Notes: generated by a model from the letters alone, not told the origin. A stretch of 32,000 bases of DNA from Paracoccus suum (GCF_003324675.1 NZ_CP030918.1:2250001-2282000); one strand, 5' to 3'. Numbered from the stretch's first letter, positions 8,881 to 18,675 are shown. Translations and numbers: made by a program.

Positions 8881-9723
8881 ATGCTCGCCACAGCCTGCGA
8901 GGTAGACGTGGACGCCCTGGTGAAACGGCCCCTGACGAGCAAGACCATGCACGATGTCTGGCACCGCATCCGCGAGGAAGCTGAGGCCGTCGTGCGGGCC
9001 GAGCCATTGCTGGGCGGTCCGGTCCATGCCGGGCTGCTCCACCACACACGGCTGGATCAGGCGCTCGCCTATCGCTTTTCGCTGAAACTGGCCTCGGCGG
9101 AGATGAGCGAGCAGATACTGCGAGAGATTGCCGACGAGGCCTATGCCGAGGATCCGACGCTCAGCGAAACCGCGCTGCGGGACCTGCTGGCGGTGGATGC
9201 GAGGGATCCGGCCGCACACCGGCTGATCCAGCCCTTGCTTTTCTTCAAGGGTTTTCAGGCGATCCAAGCCTATCGCATCGGCCATTGGCTGTGGGGCCAA
9301 GGGCGCGAGGACATGGCGTATTTCGTGCAGATGCGCATCTCGGAGGTGTTCGGCGTCGACATTCACCCGGCTGCGCGCCTCGGGCCGGGGCTGATGATCG
9401 ACCACGCCCATTCAATCGTGATCGGCGAAACTGCGGTCGTCGGCGAGGACGTGTCGATGCTTCATAGCGTGACGCTGGGCGGGACTGGGAAGGAAAACGG
9501 AGATCGTCACCCCAAGATCGGCGATGGCGTGCTGATCGGGGCAGGGGCCAAGATTCTGGGCAATATCCGCGTCGGCTCGCGCAGCCGCATCGCGGCTGGC
9601 AGCGTGGTCCTGTCGGACGTCCCGCCCTGCGTGACAGTTGCGGGTGTTCCGGCGCGGGTCGTCGGGGTCGCGGGTTGTGACGAGCCGGCCGAGACGATGG
9701 ACCAGCGGCTGGACGACGCCTGA
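8881..9723 (+). CDS. cysE: Serine O-acetyltransferase
   Basis: Left-handed beta-helix hexapeptide repeats (GETAVVGEDVSMLHSVTLGG...HPKIGDGVLIGAGAKILGNIRVGSRSRIAAGSVV) follow a SATase N-terminal helical domain. The start is uncertain: ATG 8881 or ATG 8947. Confidence 0.9.
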   Translation: MLATACEVDVDALVKRPLTSKTMHDVWHRIREEAEAVVRAEPLLGGPVHAGLLHHTRLDQALAYRFSLKLASAEMSEQILREIADEAYAEDPTLSETALRDLLAVDARDPAAHRLIQPLLFFKGFQAIQAYRIGHWLWGQGREDMAYFVQMRISEVFGVDIHPAARLGPGLMIDHAHSIVIGETAVVGEDVSMLHSVTLGGTGKENGDRHPKIGDGVLIGAGAKILGNIRVGSRSRIAAGSVVLSDVPPCVTVAGVPARVVGVAGCDEPAETMDQRLDDA

Positions 9724-9799
9724 GGCTGAGGTGCCAGCGATGCTTTCCTTTGACCCTGGCTTCCGCTAATTCCCGTCCACTCCGAGGGACCCGCCAGCC

Positions 9800-11110
9800 A
9801 TGACCCAGCCCAAGCGCCTGTTCATCAAGACCTATGGTTGCCAGATGAACGTCCATGACAGCGAGCGCATGGCCGCCGCGATGGGCGCAGAGGGCTATGT
9901 CCAGACCGATAGCGTCGATGATGCTGACATGGTGTTGCTGAACACCTGTCACATCCGAGAGAAGGCCTCGGAAAAGCTCTACTCCGATCTTGGCCGGTTG
10001 AAGCCGCTGAAAGCCGGGCGGCCGGACCTGCGCATCGGCGTTGCCGGCTGCGTTGCCCAAGCCGAGGGCGAAGAGATCATTCGGCGCGCGCCGATCGTCG
10101 ATCTGGTCGTCGGCCCGCAGGCTTATCATCGCCTGCCAGCCATGGTCCGGGGCGAAGCGCCGGCGGTCGTCACGGACTTTCCCCGGGAGGACAAGTTCGA
10201 CCACCTGCCGCCAGCGACGCGCCGTGCGCCAACTGCCTTCCTGACCGTTCAGGAGGGGTGCGACAAATTCTGCGCCTTTTGCGTGGTGCCCTACACCCGC
10301 GGCGCGGAAGTCAGCCGCCCGGCAGCCCGCATTGTCGAGGACGCGCGCGGCCTCGTCGCGCGTGGCGTGCGAGAGATCACGTTGCTGGGCCAGAACGTGA
10401 ACGGCTGGCATGGCGAGGACGCGACTGGGCGAGCCATGGGTCTGGGCCACCTGGTCCGCGCCTTGGCCGAGATCGAAGGGCTGGCGCGCATCCGTTATAC
10501 CACGAGCCATCCTAACGACATGACCGACGATCTGATCGCCGCGCATGCCGAAGTGCCAGCGTTGATGCCTTATCTGCATTTGCCGGTCCAATCGGGCAGC
10601 AACCGTGTGCTGAAGGCGATGAACCGTCGTCATACCGCCGAGCAGTATCTGCGCCTGATCGAGCGCATCCGCGCGGCGCGGCCCGATATTCTGTTGACCA
10701 GCGATTTCATCACTGGCTTTCCGGGCGAAACCGATGCCGACCATGCCGCCACCTTGGAACTGGTCGAGGCGGTCGGCTTTGCCGCCGCGTTCAGCTTTCG
10801 TTATTCGGCCCGGCCCGGCACGCCGGCCGCCGACCGCCCGCCTGTCCCGCAGGAGATCGCCGAGACCCGCCTGCACGAATTGCAGGCCCTTCTGACGCGC
10901 CAGCAGCGCGCGGCGCAGGAAGCGATGGTCGGGCGCACGGTCGGGGTTCTGTTTGAAAAACCCGGGCGGATGGGCGGCCAGATGATCGGCAAATCTGACT
11001 ACCTGCATTCGGTGTTCGTCAAGGCCGACAACGTGAAGGTCGGCGACCTGCTCCCGGTTCAGATTGTGGCCAGTGCTTCGAATTCTCTGCAAGGGCGGTT
11101 GGCTGCATGA
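9800..11110 (+). CDS. miaB: tRNA-i6A37 methylthiotransferase MiaB (radical SAM)
   Basis: Product has [18 protein letters not shown] (UPF0004 domain Cys), a [15 protein letters not shown] radical-SAM CxxxCxxC motif, and a TRAM-like C-terminus. Length is 436 aa. Confidence 0.95.
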   Translation: MTQPKRLFIKTYGCQMNVHDSERMAAAMGAEGYVQTDSVDDADMVLLNTCHIREKASEKLYSDLGRLKPLKAGRPDLRIGVAGCVAQAEGEEIIRRAPIVDLVVGPQAYHRLPAMVRGEAPAVVTDFPREDKFDHLPPATRRAPTAFLTVQEGCDKFCAFCVVPYTRGAEVSRPAARIVEDARGLVARGVREITLLGQNVNGWHGEDATGRAMGLGHLVRALAEIEGLARIRYTTSHPNDMTDDLIAAHAEVPALMPYLHLPVQSGSNRVLKAMNRRHTAEQYLRLIERIRAARPDILLTSDFITGFPGETDADHAATLELVEAVGFAAAFSFRYSARPGTPAADRPPVPQEIAETRLHELQALLTRQQRAAQEAMVGRTVGVLFEKPGRMGGQMIGKSDYLHSVFVKADNVKVGDLLPVQIVASASNSLQGRLAA

Positions 11111-11445
11111 ACATCCCGCCGAACGCCCTGTTGGCCCTCGCCATTGCGCTCGAGGTGGCCGGCACCAGCCTGTTGCAGGCATCTCATCACTTCACGCGGC
11201 TGGTTCCCACGATCGCCATGGGCATCTGCTATGGCCTCGCCTTCTGGCTGCTGACCATCGTGCTGAAATACATTCCCGTCGGCATCGCCTATGCGATCTG
11301 GAGCGGCAGCGGCGTGGCCGCGATCGCCTTCATCGGCTGGGCATTCTTCGGTCAGCGGCTGGACCTGTGGGCGATCCTCGGGATCGGCCTCATCATCGTC
11401 GGGGTGCTGGTCCTGAACCTGTTGTCAGGCACCGTCCGGCACTAA
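11107..11445 (+). CDS. SMR family multidrug efflux transporter, EmrE/Qac-like
   Basis: The 112-aa product has four predicted TM helices and the essential TM1 Glu in the ALEVAGTSL context. The stretch [53 protein letters not shown] closely resembles E. coli EmrE as I remember it. ATGA overlap with the miaB stop. Confidence 0.9.
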   Translation: MNIPPNALLALAIALEVAGTSLLQASHHFTRLVPTIAMGICYGLAFWLLTIVLKYIPVGIAYAIWSGSGVAAIAFIGWAFFGQRLDLWAILGIGLIIVGVLVLNLLSGTVRH

Positions 11446-11461
11446 AGCGAAGCGAAATTGC

Positions 11462-11496
11462 AAAAGCGCCGCCCGGGATCCGGGGCGGCGCTTTTT
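11462..11496. terminator. Bidirectional rho-independent terminator between the SMR gene and convergent proS
   Basis: AAAA-GCGCCGCCCGG-GAT-CCGGG(G)CGGCGC-TTTTT. The GC stem has one bulge and is flanked by an A-run and a T-run, so it works on both strands. Confidence 0.7.
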
Positions 11497-11502
11497 GTCG
11501 TT

Positions 11503-12870
11503 TCAGCCGACCGCCGCGTCGTAGCTCGCGGCCTTGATCGGGGCGTAGATGGCAGCCAGTCGCTCGACCGCATCGGCGGGGGCGAGCGTCACGGTCTCGC
11601 CGGTGCGGCGGCTGGTCAACTCGACCGTGTTGGTCGCAAGGCCGCGCGGCCCCGCGGTGATGCGCCACGGCAGGCCGATCAGGTCCATGGTGGCGAACTT
11701 GGCGCCTGCGCGCTCGTCCCGGTCATCATAGAGGACCGAGAGCCCGCGCGCCTCAAGCGCGGCGTAGAGCGCCTCGCAGGCGCTATCGGTGGCACTGTCC
11801 CCCTGCTTGAGGTTGACGATGCCGACGTCGAAGGGGGTCACGCCCTCGGGCCAGATGATGCCCTTGTCGTCGTGGCTCGCCTCGATGATCGCGCCCAGAA
11901 GGCGCGAGACGCCGATGCCGTGGCTGCCCATGTGGACCGGAACGCGGGTGCCGTCGGGACCGACGACCGTCGCGCCCATCGGCTCGGAATACTTGGTCCC
12001 AAAATAGAAGATCTGGCCGACCTCGATACCGCGGGCGGTACGGCGGCGCGCCTCGGGGATCTTTTCGAACACGGCCGGATCATGGGTCTCGTCCGTGCGG
12101 GCATAGCGGCTGGTGAACTCATCCAGCACGGCCTGGCAGGCGGCGGGATCGGCGGGATCGACCGTCCGGTCGCCGAAGGTCAGGTCGGTGATCTCGCTGT
12201 CATAGAACACCTCGCTTTCGCCCGTGTCGGCCAGAACCAGGAACTCGTGCGTGTCCTCGCCGCCGATGGGGCCGCTGTCGGCCCGCATCGGAATCGCCTG
12301 AAGGCCCATCCGCTCGTAGGTGCGCAGGTAGCTGACCAGATGGCGGTTATAGGCGTGGAGCGCGTCTTCCTTGGTCAGGTCGAAGTTGTAGCCGTCTTTC
12401 ATCAGGAATTCGCGACCGCGCATCACGCCAAAGCGCGGACGGACCTCGTCCCGGAACTTCCACTGGACGTGATAGAGGGTCAGCGGCAGGTCCTTGTAGC
12501 TGTTCACATGGGCCCGGAAGATGTCTGTGATCATCTCCTCGTTGGTCGGCCCATAGAGCAGCTCGCGCTTGTGGCGGTCGTTCAACCGCAGCATTTCCTC
12601 GCCATAGGCCTCGTAGCGGCCGCTCTCGCGCCATAGGTCGGCGGGCTGCAGGGTGGGCATCAGCAAGGGGATGTGACCGACGCGCTGCTGTTCCTCGTGA
12701 ACGATGCGCTCGATCCGCTTGAGGACGCGAAAGCCCAGCGGCAGCCAGGAATAGATGCCCGCCGCCTGCTGGCGGATCATACCGGCCCGCAGCATCAGGC
12801 GATGGCTGACGATCTGGGCGTCGGCCGGGTTTTCCTTCAGCACCGGCAGGAAGTACTGGGTCAGGCGCAT
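11503..12870 (-). CDS. proS: Proline--tRNA ligase (short alphaproteobacterial type without insertion editing domain)
   Basis: The 455-aa product begins [46 protein letters not shown] and carries class II aaRS motifs. GGAGG SD lies upstream on the minus strand. Confidence 0.95.
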   Translation of the reverse strand: MRLTQYFLPVLKENPADAQIVSHRLMLRAGMIRQQAAGIYSWLPLGFRVLKRIERIVHEEQQRVGHIPLLMPTLQPADLWRESGRYEAYGEEMLRLNDRHKRELLYGPTNEEMITDIFRAHVNSYKDLPLTLYHVQWKFRDEVRPRFGVMRGREFLMKDGYNFDLTKEDALHAYNRHLVSYLRTYERMGLQAIPMRADSGPIGGEDTHEFLVLADTGESEVFYDSEITDLTFGDRTVDPADPAACQAVLDEFTSRYARTDETHDPAVFEKIPEARRRTARGIEVGQIFYFGTKYSEPMGATVVGPDGTRVPVHMGSHGIGVSRLLGAIIEASHDDKGIIWPEGVTPFDVGIVNLKQGDSATDSACEALYAALEARGLSVLYDDRDERAGAKFATMDLIGLPWRITAGPRGLATNTVELTSRRTGETVTLAPADAVERLAAIYAPIKAASYDAAVG

Positions 12871-13076
12871 CCGTAAACAGCCTCCGTTACGATTTTTTCC
12901 GGCCTAGCCGATGGTCTGGCGCAGGGCAATGGCCTGCCGTCCCGACTCCGCCCGCGCATGTCGCGCGCGTGATTGAACCCGTTGCGGGCAAGCGGTGTTG
13001 CATGTCACATGGCGCCCTTGCTGGCGCCTCTTTGTCATGGGCAATGCGTGTGCGGCGCGCGCGAGGGGACGGGTGG

Positions 13077-14999
13077 ATGCGGATTCCGGTTCAAAAGCAG
13101 ATCTGGTGGTGGGGCGCGGTCGGCCTTTTGCTGATCTTTGCGCTATGGCGCCTGGGCAATGTGATGACGCCGTTCCTGCTGGGGGCGGGCGTCGCCTATG
13201 TGCTCGACCCCGTCGCGGACCGGCTAGAGGCATCCGGGGTCAGCCGCCGATGGGCGGTGGGCCTGATCACGGTGGTCGCTGCCCTGGCCTTTGGTCTGAT
13301 CCTGCTGCTGCTGGTGCCGATGCTCATCAAGCAACTGATCTCTGCTGTCGAAGGTGCGCCAGCATTCCTCGAACGCCTGCAGGAGTTCCTCTCGACCCGC
13401 TTCCCGCGCCTGCTGCCTGAGGGTGGCACCCTGCAGAACGCCATCAACAACGCCACGACGGCGATGAACGAGCATTCCGGCGAGGTGCTCAGCACGGTGT
13501 TGACCTCGCTGTCGAGCATGCTGGGCGTGCTTGCGCTGCTGGTGATCGTGCCTGTCGTGGCCTTCTACATGCTGCTTGACTGGGACCATATGGTCGAGAA
13601 AGTCGACGATCTGCTGCCGCGCGAGCACGCCGATACGCTGCGCCATTTAGCCTCCGGGATTGACGAAAGTCTGTCAGGATTCTTGCGCGGTCAAGGGCTT
13701 GTGACCCTTATCCTTGGAGCATTCTACGCCGTATCGCTGTTTGCGGTCGGCCTGCCTTTCGGCTTGGTCATCGGCATATCAGCGGCGATCTTGTCGATCA
13801 TCCCCTACGTCGGCGTGTTCATCGGCGGGGTCACGGCCATCGGCGTGGCCACCGTCAGCTTCTGGAACGAGCCCTACTGGATTGGTGTCGTCGCTGCGAT
13901 CTTTGCCATTGGTCAGTTCGTCGAGGGGAACTATCTGCAACCAAAGATCATCGGCGGCCATGTCGGGTTGCACCCCGTCTGGTTGATGATCGCCCTGTCG
14001 GTGTTCGGCACGCTGTTCGGCTTTGTCGGCCTGATCGTTGCCGTTCCGCTCGCAGCGATGGTCGGGGTCGTCGCGCGGTTCATGGCCGCCCGCTACAAGG
14101 AGGGGGCGATCTACACCGGGCGCGAGGTCCCGCCGCCGCCGCAGCAGCCGACGCTGATCGAACTGGTGCCGCGCGGGACGGTCGCCGAGGCGCGTCGCCG
14201 GGCGGAGGACGCCAAGGCCGTTGCCGTGGCCGAGGTGCGGATCGAGGATGCTCGCCGTGAGGCGCTCCGCGTTGCCGAGGAAACCGCGAAGGCGACCGGC
14301 GCTACGGCGGCCAGTGCGGCCGTGGCGATCGTGGCCGACCCGCGCGTCACCGATGTCACGCCGGAGGTGGTCGCCGTCTCGCCCACGCCGACGAATTCGG
14401 ATGCCGGGGATTCCGATCCCATCCGCACGTTGGTCGATGATGCCGAGTTGGACGCCACTTCGCGGAAGCGGCGGTCGGCCGCGATGGACCGCGCGGTCCA
14501 TGCCGAGGTCGCGCAGCGGACCGAGGATCTCAAAGAGGCAGCGCGCGACGTGGCCTTGGCGGCCATGGCGGGTGCTTCGCCCCCCGCCGCACCCGCCAGC
14601 GGAACTGCCCATCCGCCAGCGGCTATCGATCCCGACGCGAGTCCGAAGTCTGACCCCGCCGCCGCGGCCGAAGTGCTGTATGGCGAGGGCGAGGAGGTGA
14701 CCGTCGAGGGCATCACCGCCGAGCTTGCCGCAACCCGCGCAAGTATCGAGGAGCGCGCGGAGGCCGCCATCGCCAAGAGCGAGGCGGAAGCTGCACCGGA
14801 CATTGCCCGCGCGGAAATGGCGCGCGCCGGCGCCGTGCCCGATGCCGAGCCGGAAGCCGAGGATGGCGAGGCCCCGGTCCGTACGCTCACCGACGAGGCA
14901 GAGGCCGAGGTTCACGACGCCTTGCGCGGCAAGCCCCGGCCTACGGTGCGCGAGGTAGTCCGTCCCGCCCCTGCGCGTGACCGCGACCGCAAGGCTTGA
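13077..14999 (+). CDS. AI-2E family (PerM/UPF0118) transporter with a C-terminal low-complexity extension of about 290 aa
   Basis: A multi-TM core of about 350 aa (IWWWGAVGLLLIFALW ... VPLAAMVGVVARFMAARY) is followed by an Ala/Glu/Asp/Pro-rich tail from about 14121. The start is uncertain: the ORF opens with GTG at 12969, with in-frame ATGs at 13002, 13044 and 13077. I chose 13077 because it sits just before the first TM helix. Confidence 0.85.
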   Translation: MRIPVQKQIWWWGAVGLLLIFALWRLGNVMTPFLLGAGVAYVLDPVADRLEASGVSRRWAVGLITVVAALAFGLILLLLVPMLIKQLISAVEGAPAFLERLQEFLSTRFPRLLPEGGTLQNAINNATTAMNEHSGEVLSTVLTSLSSMLGVLALLVIVPVVAFYMLLDWDHMVEKVDDLLPREHADTLRHLASGIDESLSGFLRGQGLVTLILGAFYAVSLFAVGLPFGLVIGISAAILSIIPYVGVFIGGVTAIGVATVSFWNEPYWIGVVAAIFAIGQFVEGNYLQPKIIGGHVGLHPVWLMIALSVFGTLFGFVGLIVAVPLAAMVGVVARFMAARYKEGAIYTGREVPPPPQQPTLIELVPRGTVAEARRRAEDAKAVAVAEVRIEDARREALRVAEETAKATGATAASAAVAIVADPRVTDVTPEVVAVSPTPTNSDAGDSDPIRTLVDDAELDATSRKRRSAAMDRAVHAEVAQRTEDLKEAARDVALAAMAGASPPAAPASGTAHPPAAIDPDASPKSDPAAAAEVLYGEGEEVTVEGITAELAATRASIEERAEAAIAKSEAEAAPDIARAEMARAGAVPDAEPEAEDGEAPVRTLTDEAEAEVHDALRGKPRPTVREVVRPAPARDRDRKA

Positions 15000-15721
15000 T
15001 GCAACCGCGTACCCCCCGACAGCTCTCGCTTGATCTGGCTACCCCCCCGGCGCTGGGGCGCGGCGATTTCCTAGTCGCCCCGTCGAACAGCGCCGCGCTT
15101 GCCGCGCTGGACGCGCCCGCGGACTGGCCCGGGGGGCGCTTGGTCCTGCTGGGGCCAGAGGGGTCGGGAAAATCCCACCTCGCGGCCATCTGGGCGGCCG
15201 AGAATGGCGCGCGCCGCGTCTCCGCCGCCGCGTTGCACCCCGAGATGGCCGACAACCTGATGCCCGAAGGCGCGGCCCTGGTCATCGAGGATGCCCATCG
15301 CGCGGGCGGCGCGGCGGGGGCGGAGCAGAGCCTCTTTCACCTGTGGAACCTGTCGGCCGCGCGGCAGGGATTGCTGCTGCTGACTGCGTCCACTGCGCCG
15401 CGGGACTGGGGGCTCGTCTTGCCGGATTTGCGCTCGCGTATGGATGCGCTGCCGCAGGTCGTCCTTGGACCGCCTGATGAGGCGTTGCTGGGCGCGGTGC
15501 TGGTCAAGCTGTTCGCCGACCGCCAGCTCGAGGTCGCGCCGGATGTGATCGACGCGCTTGTGTTGCGTATGGACCGCGATCTCGGCCTCGCGAGGCGTCT
15601 GGTCGCGGCCATTGACGAGGCCTCGCTGGCCGAGGGACGGCGCATCACGCGGCGCCTCGCCCTTGAGGCGCTCGATGGCCTAACCTCAGGGCTGGACGCG
15701 ACTGCCGCGCTTGACCGCTAG
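14999..15721 (+). CDS. hdaA: DnaA regulatory inactivator HdaA (DnaA-related AAA+ protein)
   Basis: Product has RQLSLDL...GRGDFLVAPSNSAALAALD...LVLLGPEGSGKSHLAAIWA (Walker A). At about 240 aa it fits Hda/HdaA. The ATG overlaps the upstream TGA stop (TGATG). Confidence 0.85.
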   Translation: MQPRTPRQLSLDLATPPALGRGDFLVAPSNSAALAALDAPADWPGGRLVLLGPEGSGKSHLAAIWAAENGARRVSAAALHPEMADNLMPEGAALVIEDAHRAGGAAGAEQSLFHLWNLSAARQGLLLLTASTAPRDWGLVLPDLRSRMDALPQVVLGPPDEALLGAVLVKLFADRQLEVAPDVIDALVLRMDRDLGLARRLVAAIDEASLAEGRRITRRLALEALDGLTSGLDATAALDR

Positions 15722-15745
15722 GGCGCGTCGCCGCACCGTCAGCCG

Positions 15746-16600
15746 ATGATCGACCGCCTTGAGATCTTGATCGCCCTCGCGCGCGAGCGGCATTTCGGCC
15801 GGGCTGCCGCCGCGCTCGGGATCAGCCAGCCGTCGCTGTCCTCGGGGCTGCGTACGCTCGAGGACCAACTAGGCGTGCAACTGGTGCGCCGCGGCTCGCG
15901 CTTCCAGGGCCTGACGCCTGAGGGCGAGCGCGCACTCGACTGGGCGCGCCGCATCGTCGGCGAGGCGCGGGCCTTCCGCGCCGATATGCGCGCATTACGC
16001 GAGGGGATCACAGGCGAGTTGCGCCTGGGGATCATACCCACCGCCGCGGTGCGGGTCGCGGCACTGACCGGCCCGTTCCTCGCCGCGAATCCTCGGGCGC
16101 GGCTGGCTGTCGTGACCCTCAGCTCGGATGCGATTATCGCCGGGATCGACTCGCTGGAACTGGATGCCGCGATCACCTACCAGATCACGGCCCCTGCGCG
16201 GCTGCTGCGCCTGCCGCTCTATACCGAGGATTACTGCCTGGTCGAGCAGGGCGGTGGCACCAGTCCCGCAACCTGGGCCGAGGCCGCGACCAAGCCGCTG
16301 GCGCTGTTGTCCCGCGACATGCGCAACCGGCGGGTCGTCGAGCAGATGCTGGCCGCCAGCGGTGCCGAGCCGGTCGTCCCGCGCATCGAGTCCAACAGCA
16401 CGCTGGCGATCCTCGGCTGCGTTGCCGCCGGGCCGTGGGCCGCGATCCTGCCGCAAGCCCTGGGCGAGGCGTTGCCCCTGCCAGCTGGCGTCACGGCGCG
16501 CAGGCTGCCGGGCGACGGCGGCGAGGCGATCGCCCTGGTGACCCGGGATCTCAGCCCGCAACCGCCCCTTGTTGCTGCGCTGCTGGCCAAGTTGCGATAG
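15746..16600 (+). CDS. LysR family transcriptional regulator (candidate regulator of the downstream fds operon)
   Basis: N-terminal HTH region LEILIALARERHFGRAAAALGISQPSLSSGLRTLEDQLGVQLVRR precedes a LysR substrate-binding domain. It lies immediately upstream of fdsG. Confidence 0.85.
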   Translation: MIDRLEILIALARERHFGRAAAALGISQPSLSSGLRTLEDQLGVQLVRRGSRFQGLTPEGERALDWARRIVGEARAFRADMRALREGITGELRLGIIPTAAVRVAALTGPFLAANPRARLAVVTLSSDAIIAGIDSLELDAAITYQITAPARLLRLPLYTEDYCLVEQGGGTSPATWAEAATKPLALLSRDMRNRRVVEQMLAASGAEPVVPRIESNSTLAILGCVAAGPWAAILPQALGEALPLPAGVTARRLPGDGGEAIALVTRDLSPQPPLVAALLAKLR

Positions 16601-16609
16601 GGACTGCCT

Positions 16610-16626
16610 ATCATCCGACGGATCAT
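16610..16626. promoter_or_regulatory. Imperfect palindrome ATCATCCGACGGATCAT, candidate LysR-type operator upstream of fdsG
   Basis: 14 of 17 positions are self-complementary. It is part of three GATCATC-like repeats within 16610-16642 in the 96-bp LysR-fdsG spacer. This is a sequence pattern only. Confidence 0.3.
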
Positions 16627-16696
16627 CACCCTTGATCATCCGTTGACGCGCCGCTAGCCCGATGAGTTGTTGACCCAGCATCAGGCAAGGCCGGAC

Positions 16697-17164
16697 ATGA
16701 CTGACAAGGACGCCACCCAAGGCATCGTCGCCGAGGTGATCGCCGCGCATTCCGGACAGGATGGCCCGCTGCTGCCGATGTTGCACGACATCCAGTCGGC
16801 GCTTGGCCATGTACCAGAAATCGCCGTGCCGATGTTGGCGGACGCGCTGCGGACCACGACGGCCGAAATCTATGGCGTCCTGACGTTCTATCATGACTTC
16901 AAGCGGGCGCCGCAGGGCCGGCATGTCCTGCGCCTCTGCCGTGCGGAAAGCTGCCAGGCGATGGGCGCGGCGGCCAACAACGACGCCATCATGCAGGCGC
17001 TGAACCTGGGCTGGCATGACACCACGCCGGACGGCGCCCTGACGCTCGAGCCGGTCTATTGCCTGGGCCTGTGCGCCTGCTCGCCCTCTGCCATGCTGGA
17101 CGAGCGGCCGATGGGGCGGGTGCGTCCCGAAACCATTGCCGCTGCCGTTGCGGGGTTGCGCTGA
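16697..17164 (+). CDS. fdsG: NAD-dependent formate dehydrogenase gamma subunit (NuoE-like, 2Fe-2S)
   Basis: Thioredoxin-like 2Fe-2S fold with LRLCRAESCQAMG ... VYCLGLCACSPSAMLD cysteines. ATG at 16697; the ORF opens at TTG 16667. Confidence 0.85.
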   Translation: MTDKDATQGIVAEVIAAHSGQDGPLLPMLHDIQSALGHVPEIAVPMLADALRTTTAEIYGVLTFYHDFKRAPQGRHVLRLCRAESCQAMGAAANNDAIMQALNLGWHDTTPDGALTLEPVYCLGLCACSPSAMLDERPMGRVRPETIAAAVAGLR

Positions 17165-18675
17165 TGCTGACGATCTATGTTCCCGCGGATGCCGCCGCCC
17201 GTGCCCTCGGGTCGGACGAGGTTGCCGCCGCCGTAGCGCGTGAGGCCGAGGCCCGCGGCATCTCGCTGCGGCTGGTGCGCAACGGCACCCGCGGCATGAT
17301 CTGGCTGGAGCCGCTGGTCGAGATCGAGCCCGAGGGTGGCATCCGCACTGCATTTGGGCCTCTGACAGCGGCCGATGTGCCGGCCCTGTTCGACGCCCCC
17401 GAAAGCCACCCCAAGGCGCTCGGTCGGGTCGAGGATATGGACTGGTTCAAATCCCAGACCCGCCTGACCTTTGCCCGCGTCGGGCTGATCGATCCGCTGG
17501 ACCTCGATGCCTACCGCGCCCATGGCGGGCTCGCCGGCCTGGCTACCGCCCGCGCGATGGAGCCGGCAGCGGTGGTCCAGCAGGTCACCGACAGCGGCTT
17601 GCGCGGCCGCGGCGGGGCGGGCTTTCCCACAGGCATCAAGTGGAACACCGTCCTGAAGGCGCAAGCGGCGCAGAAATACATCGTCTGCAATGCCGACGAG
17701 GGCGACAGCGGCACCTTCGCCGACCGTATGCTGATGGAGGGCGATCCCTTCTGCCTGATCGAGGGCATGGCGATCGCCGGCCACGCGGTCGGCGCCGATC
17801 GCGGCTATGTCTATATCCGCAGTGAATATCCGGACGCCATCCGCATCATGCGCGCCGCCATGGACCTGGCCCGGCGGGCGGGCATCCTCGGGCCTGTCTT
17901 CGACATGGAGGTGCGGGTCGGCGCCGGTGCCTATGTCTGCGGCGAGGAAACCTCGCTGCTCAACTCGCTCGAGGGCAAGCGCGGCGTTGTCCGTGCCAAG
18001 CCGCCGCTGCCGGCGCTTGAGGGGCTGTTCGGCAAGCCCACGGTCGTCAACAACGTCATCTCGCTGGCCTCGGTCCCCGTCATCTTGGCCGAAGGCGCCG
18101 CGTTCTATCGCGACTTCGGCATCGGCCGCTCGCGCGGGACCATGCCGCTGCAGCTCGCCGGCAACATCGCCCGTCCCGGCCTTTACGAATGCGCCTTTGG
18201 CCTGACACTGGACAGGATCGTGAACGAGATCGGTGGCGGCAGCGCCACCGGGCGGCCGGTCAAGGCAGTGCAGGTCGGTGGTCCCCTCGGCGCCTATTTC
18301 CCGCCGGCGCTGTTCGACACCCCCTTCGGTTACGAGGAGTTCGGCGCCAAGGACGGGCTGATCGGGCATGCCGGGATCGTCGTCTTTGACGACAGCGCGG
18401 ACATGCTTGGCATGGCACGTTTCGCGATGGAGTTCTGCGCGGTCGAATCCTGTGGTAAATGCACCCCCTGCCGGATCGGCGCCACGCGCGGGGTCGAGAC
18501 GCTGGACCGCATCGCCGCGGGCGATCCCGCCGGCCTGCCGCTGTTGACCGACCTCTGCGAGACGATGCGCCTGGGATCGCTTTGCGCCCTTGGTGGGTTT
18601 ACCCCATATCCGGTGATGTCCGCCGTCGCCCATTTCCCTGACGAGTTCGTCCGCAGCCGGGAGGCCGCCGAATGA
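17164..18675 (+). CDS. fdsB: NAD-dependent formate dehydrogenase beta subunit (NuoF-like, FMN/NAD binding, 4Fe-4S)
   Basis: ATGA-type overlap with the fdsG stop. Product has GLRGRGGAGFPTGIKW (FMN site), CNADEGDSGTF, and ESCGKCTPCR (4Fe-4S). It is about 503 aa from this start. Confidence 0.9.
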   Translation: MLTIYVPADAAARALGSDEVAAAVAREAEARGISLRLVRNGTRGMIWLEPLVEIEPEGGIRTAFGPLTAADVPALFDAPESHPKALGRVEDMDWFKSQTRLTFARVGLIDPLDLDAYRAHGGLAGLATARAMEPAAVVQQVTDSGLRGRGGAGFPTGIKWNTVLKAQAAQKYIVCNADEGDSGTFADRMLMEGDPFCLIEGMAIAGHAVGADRGYVYIRSEYPDAIRIMRAAMDLARRAGILGPVFDMEVRVGAGAYVCGEETSLLNSLEGKRGVVRAKPPLPALEGLFGKPTVVNNVISLASVPVILAEGAAFYRDFGIGRSRGTMPLQLAGNIARPGLYECAFGLTLDRIVNEIGGGSATGRPVKAVQVGGPLGAYFPPALFDTPFGYEEFGAKDGLIGHAGIVVFDDSADMLGMARFAMEFCAVESCGKCTPCRIGATRGVETLDRIAAGDPAGLPLLTDLCETMRLGSLCALGGFTPYPVMSAVAHFPDEFVRSREAAE

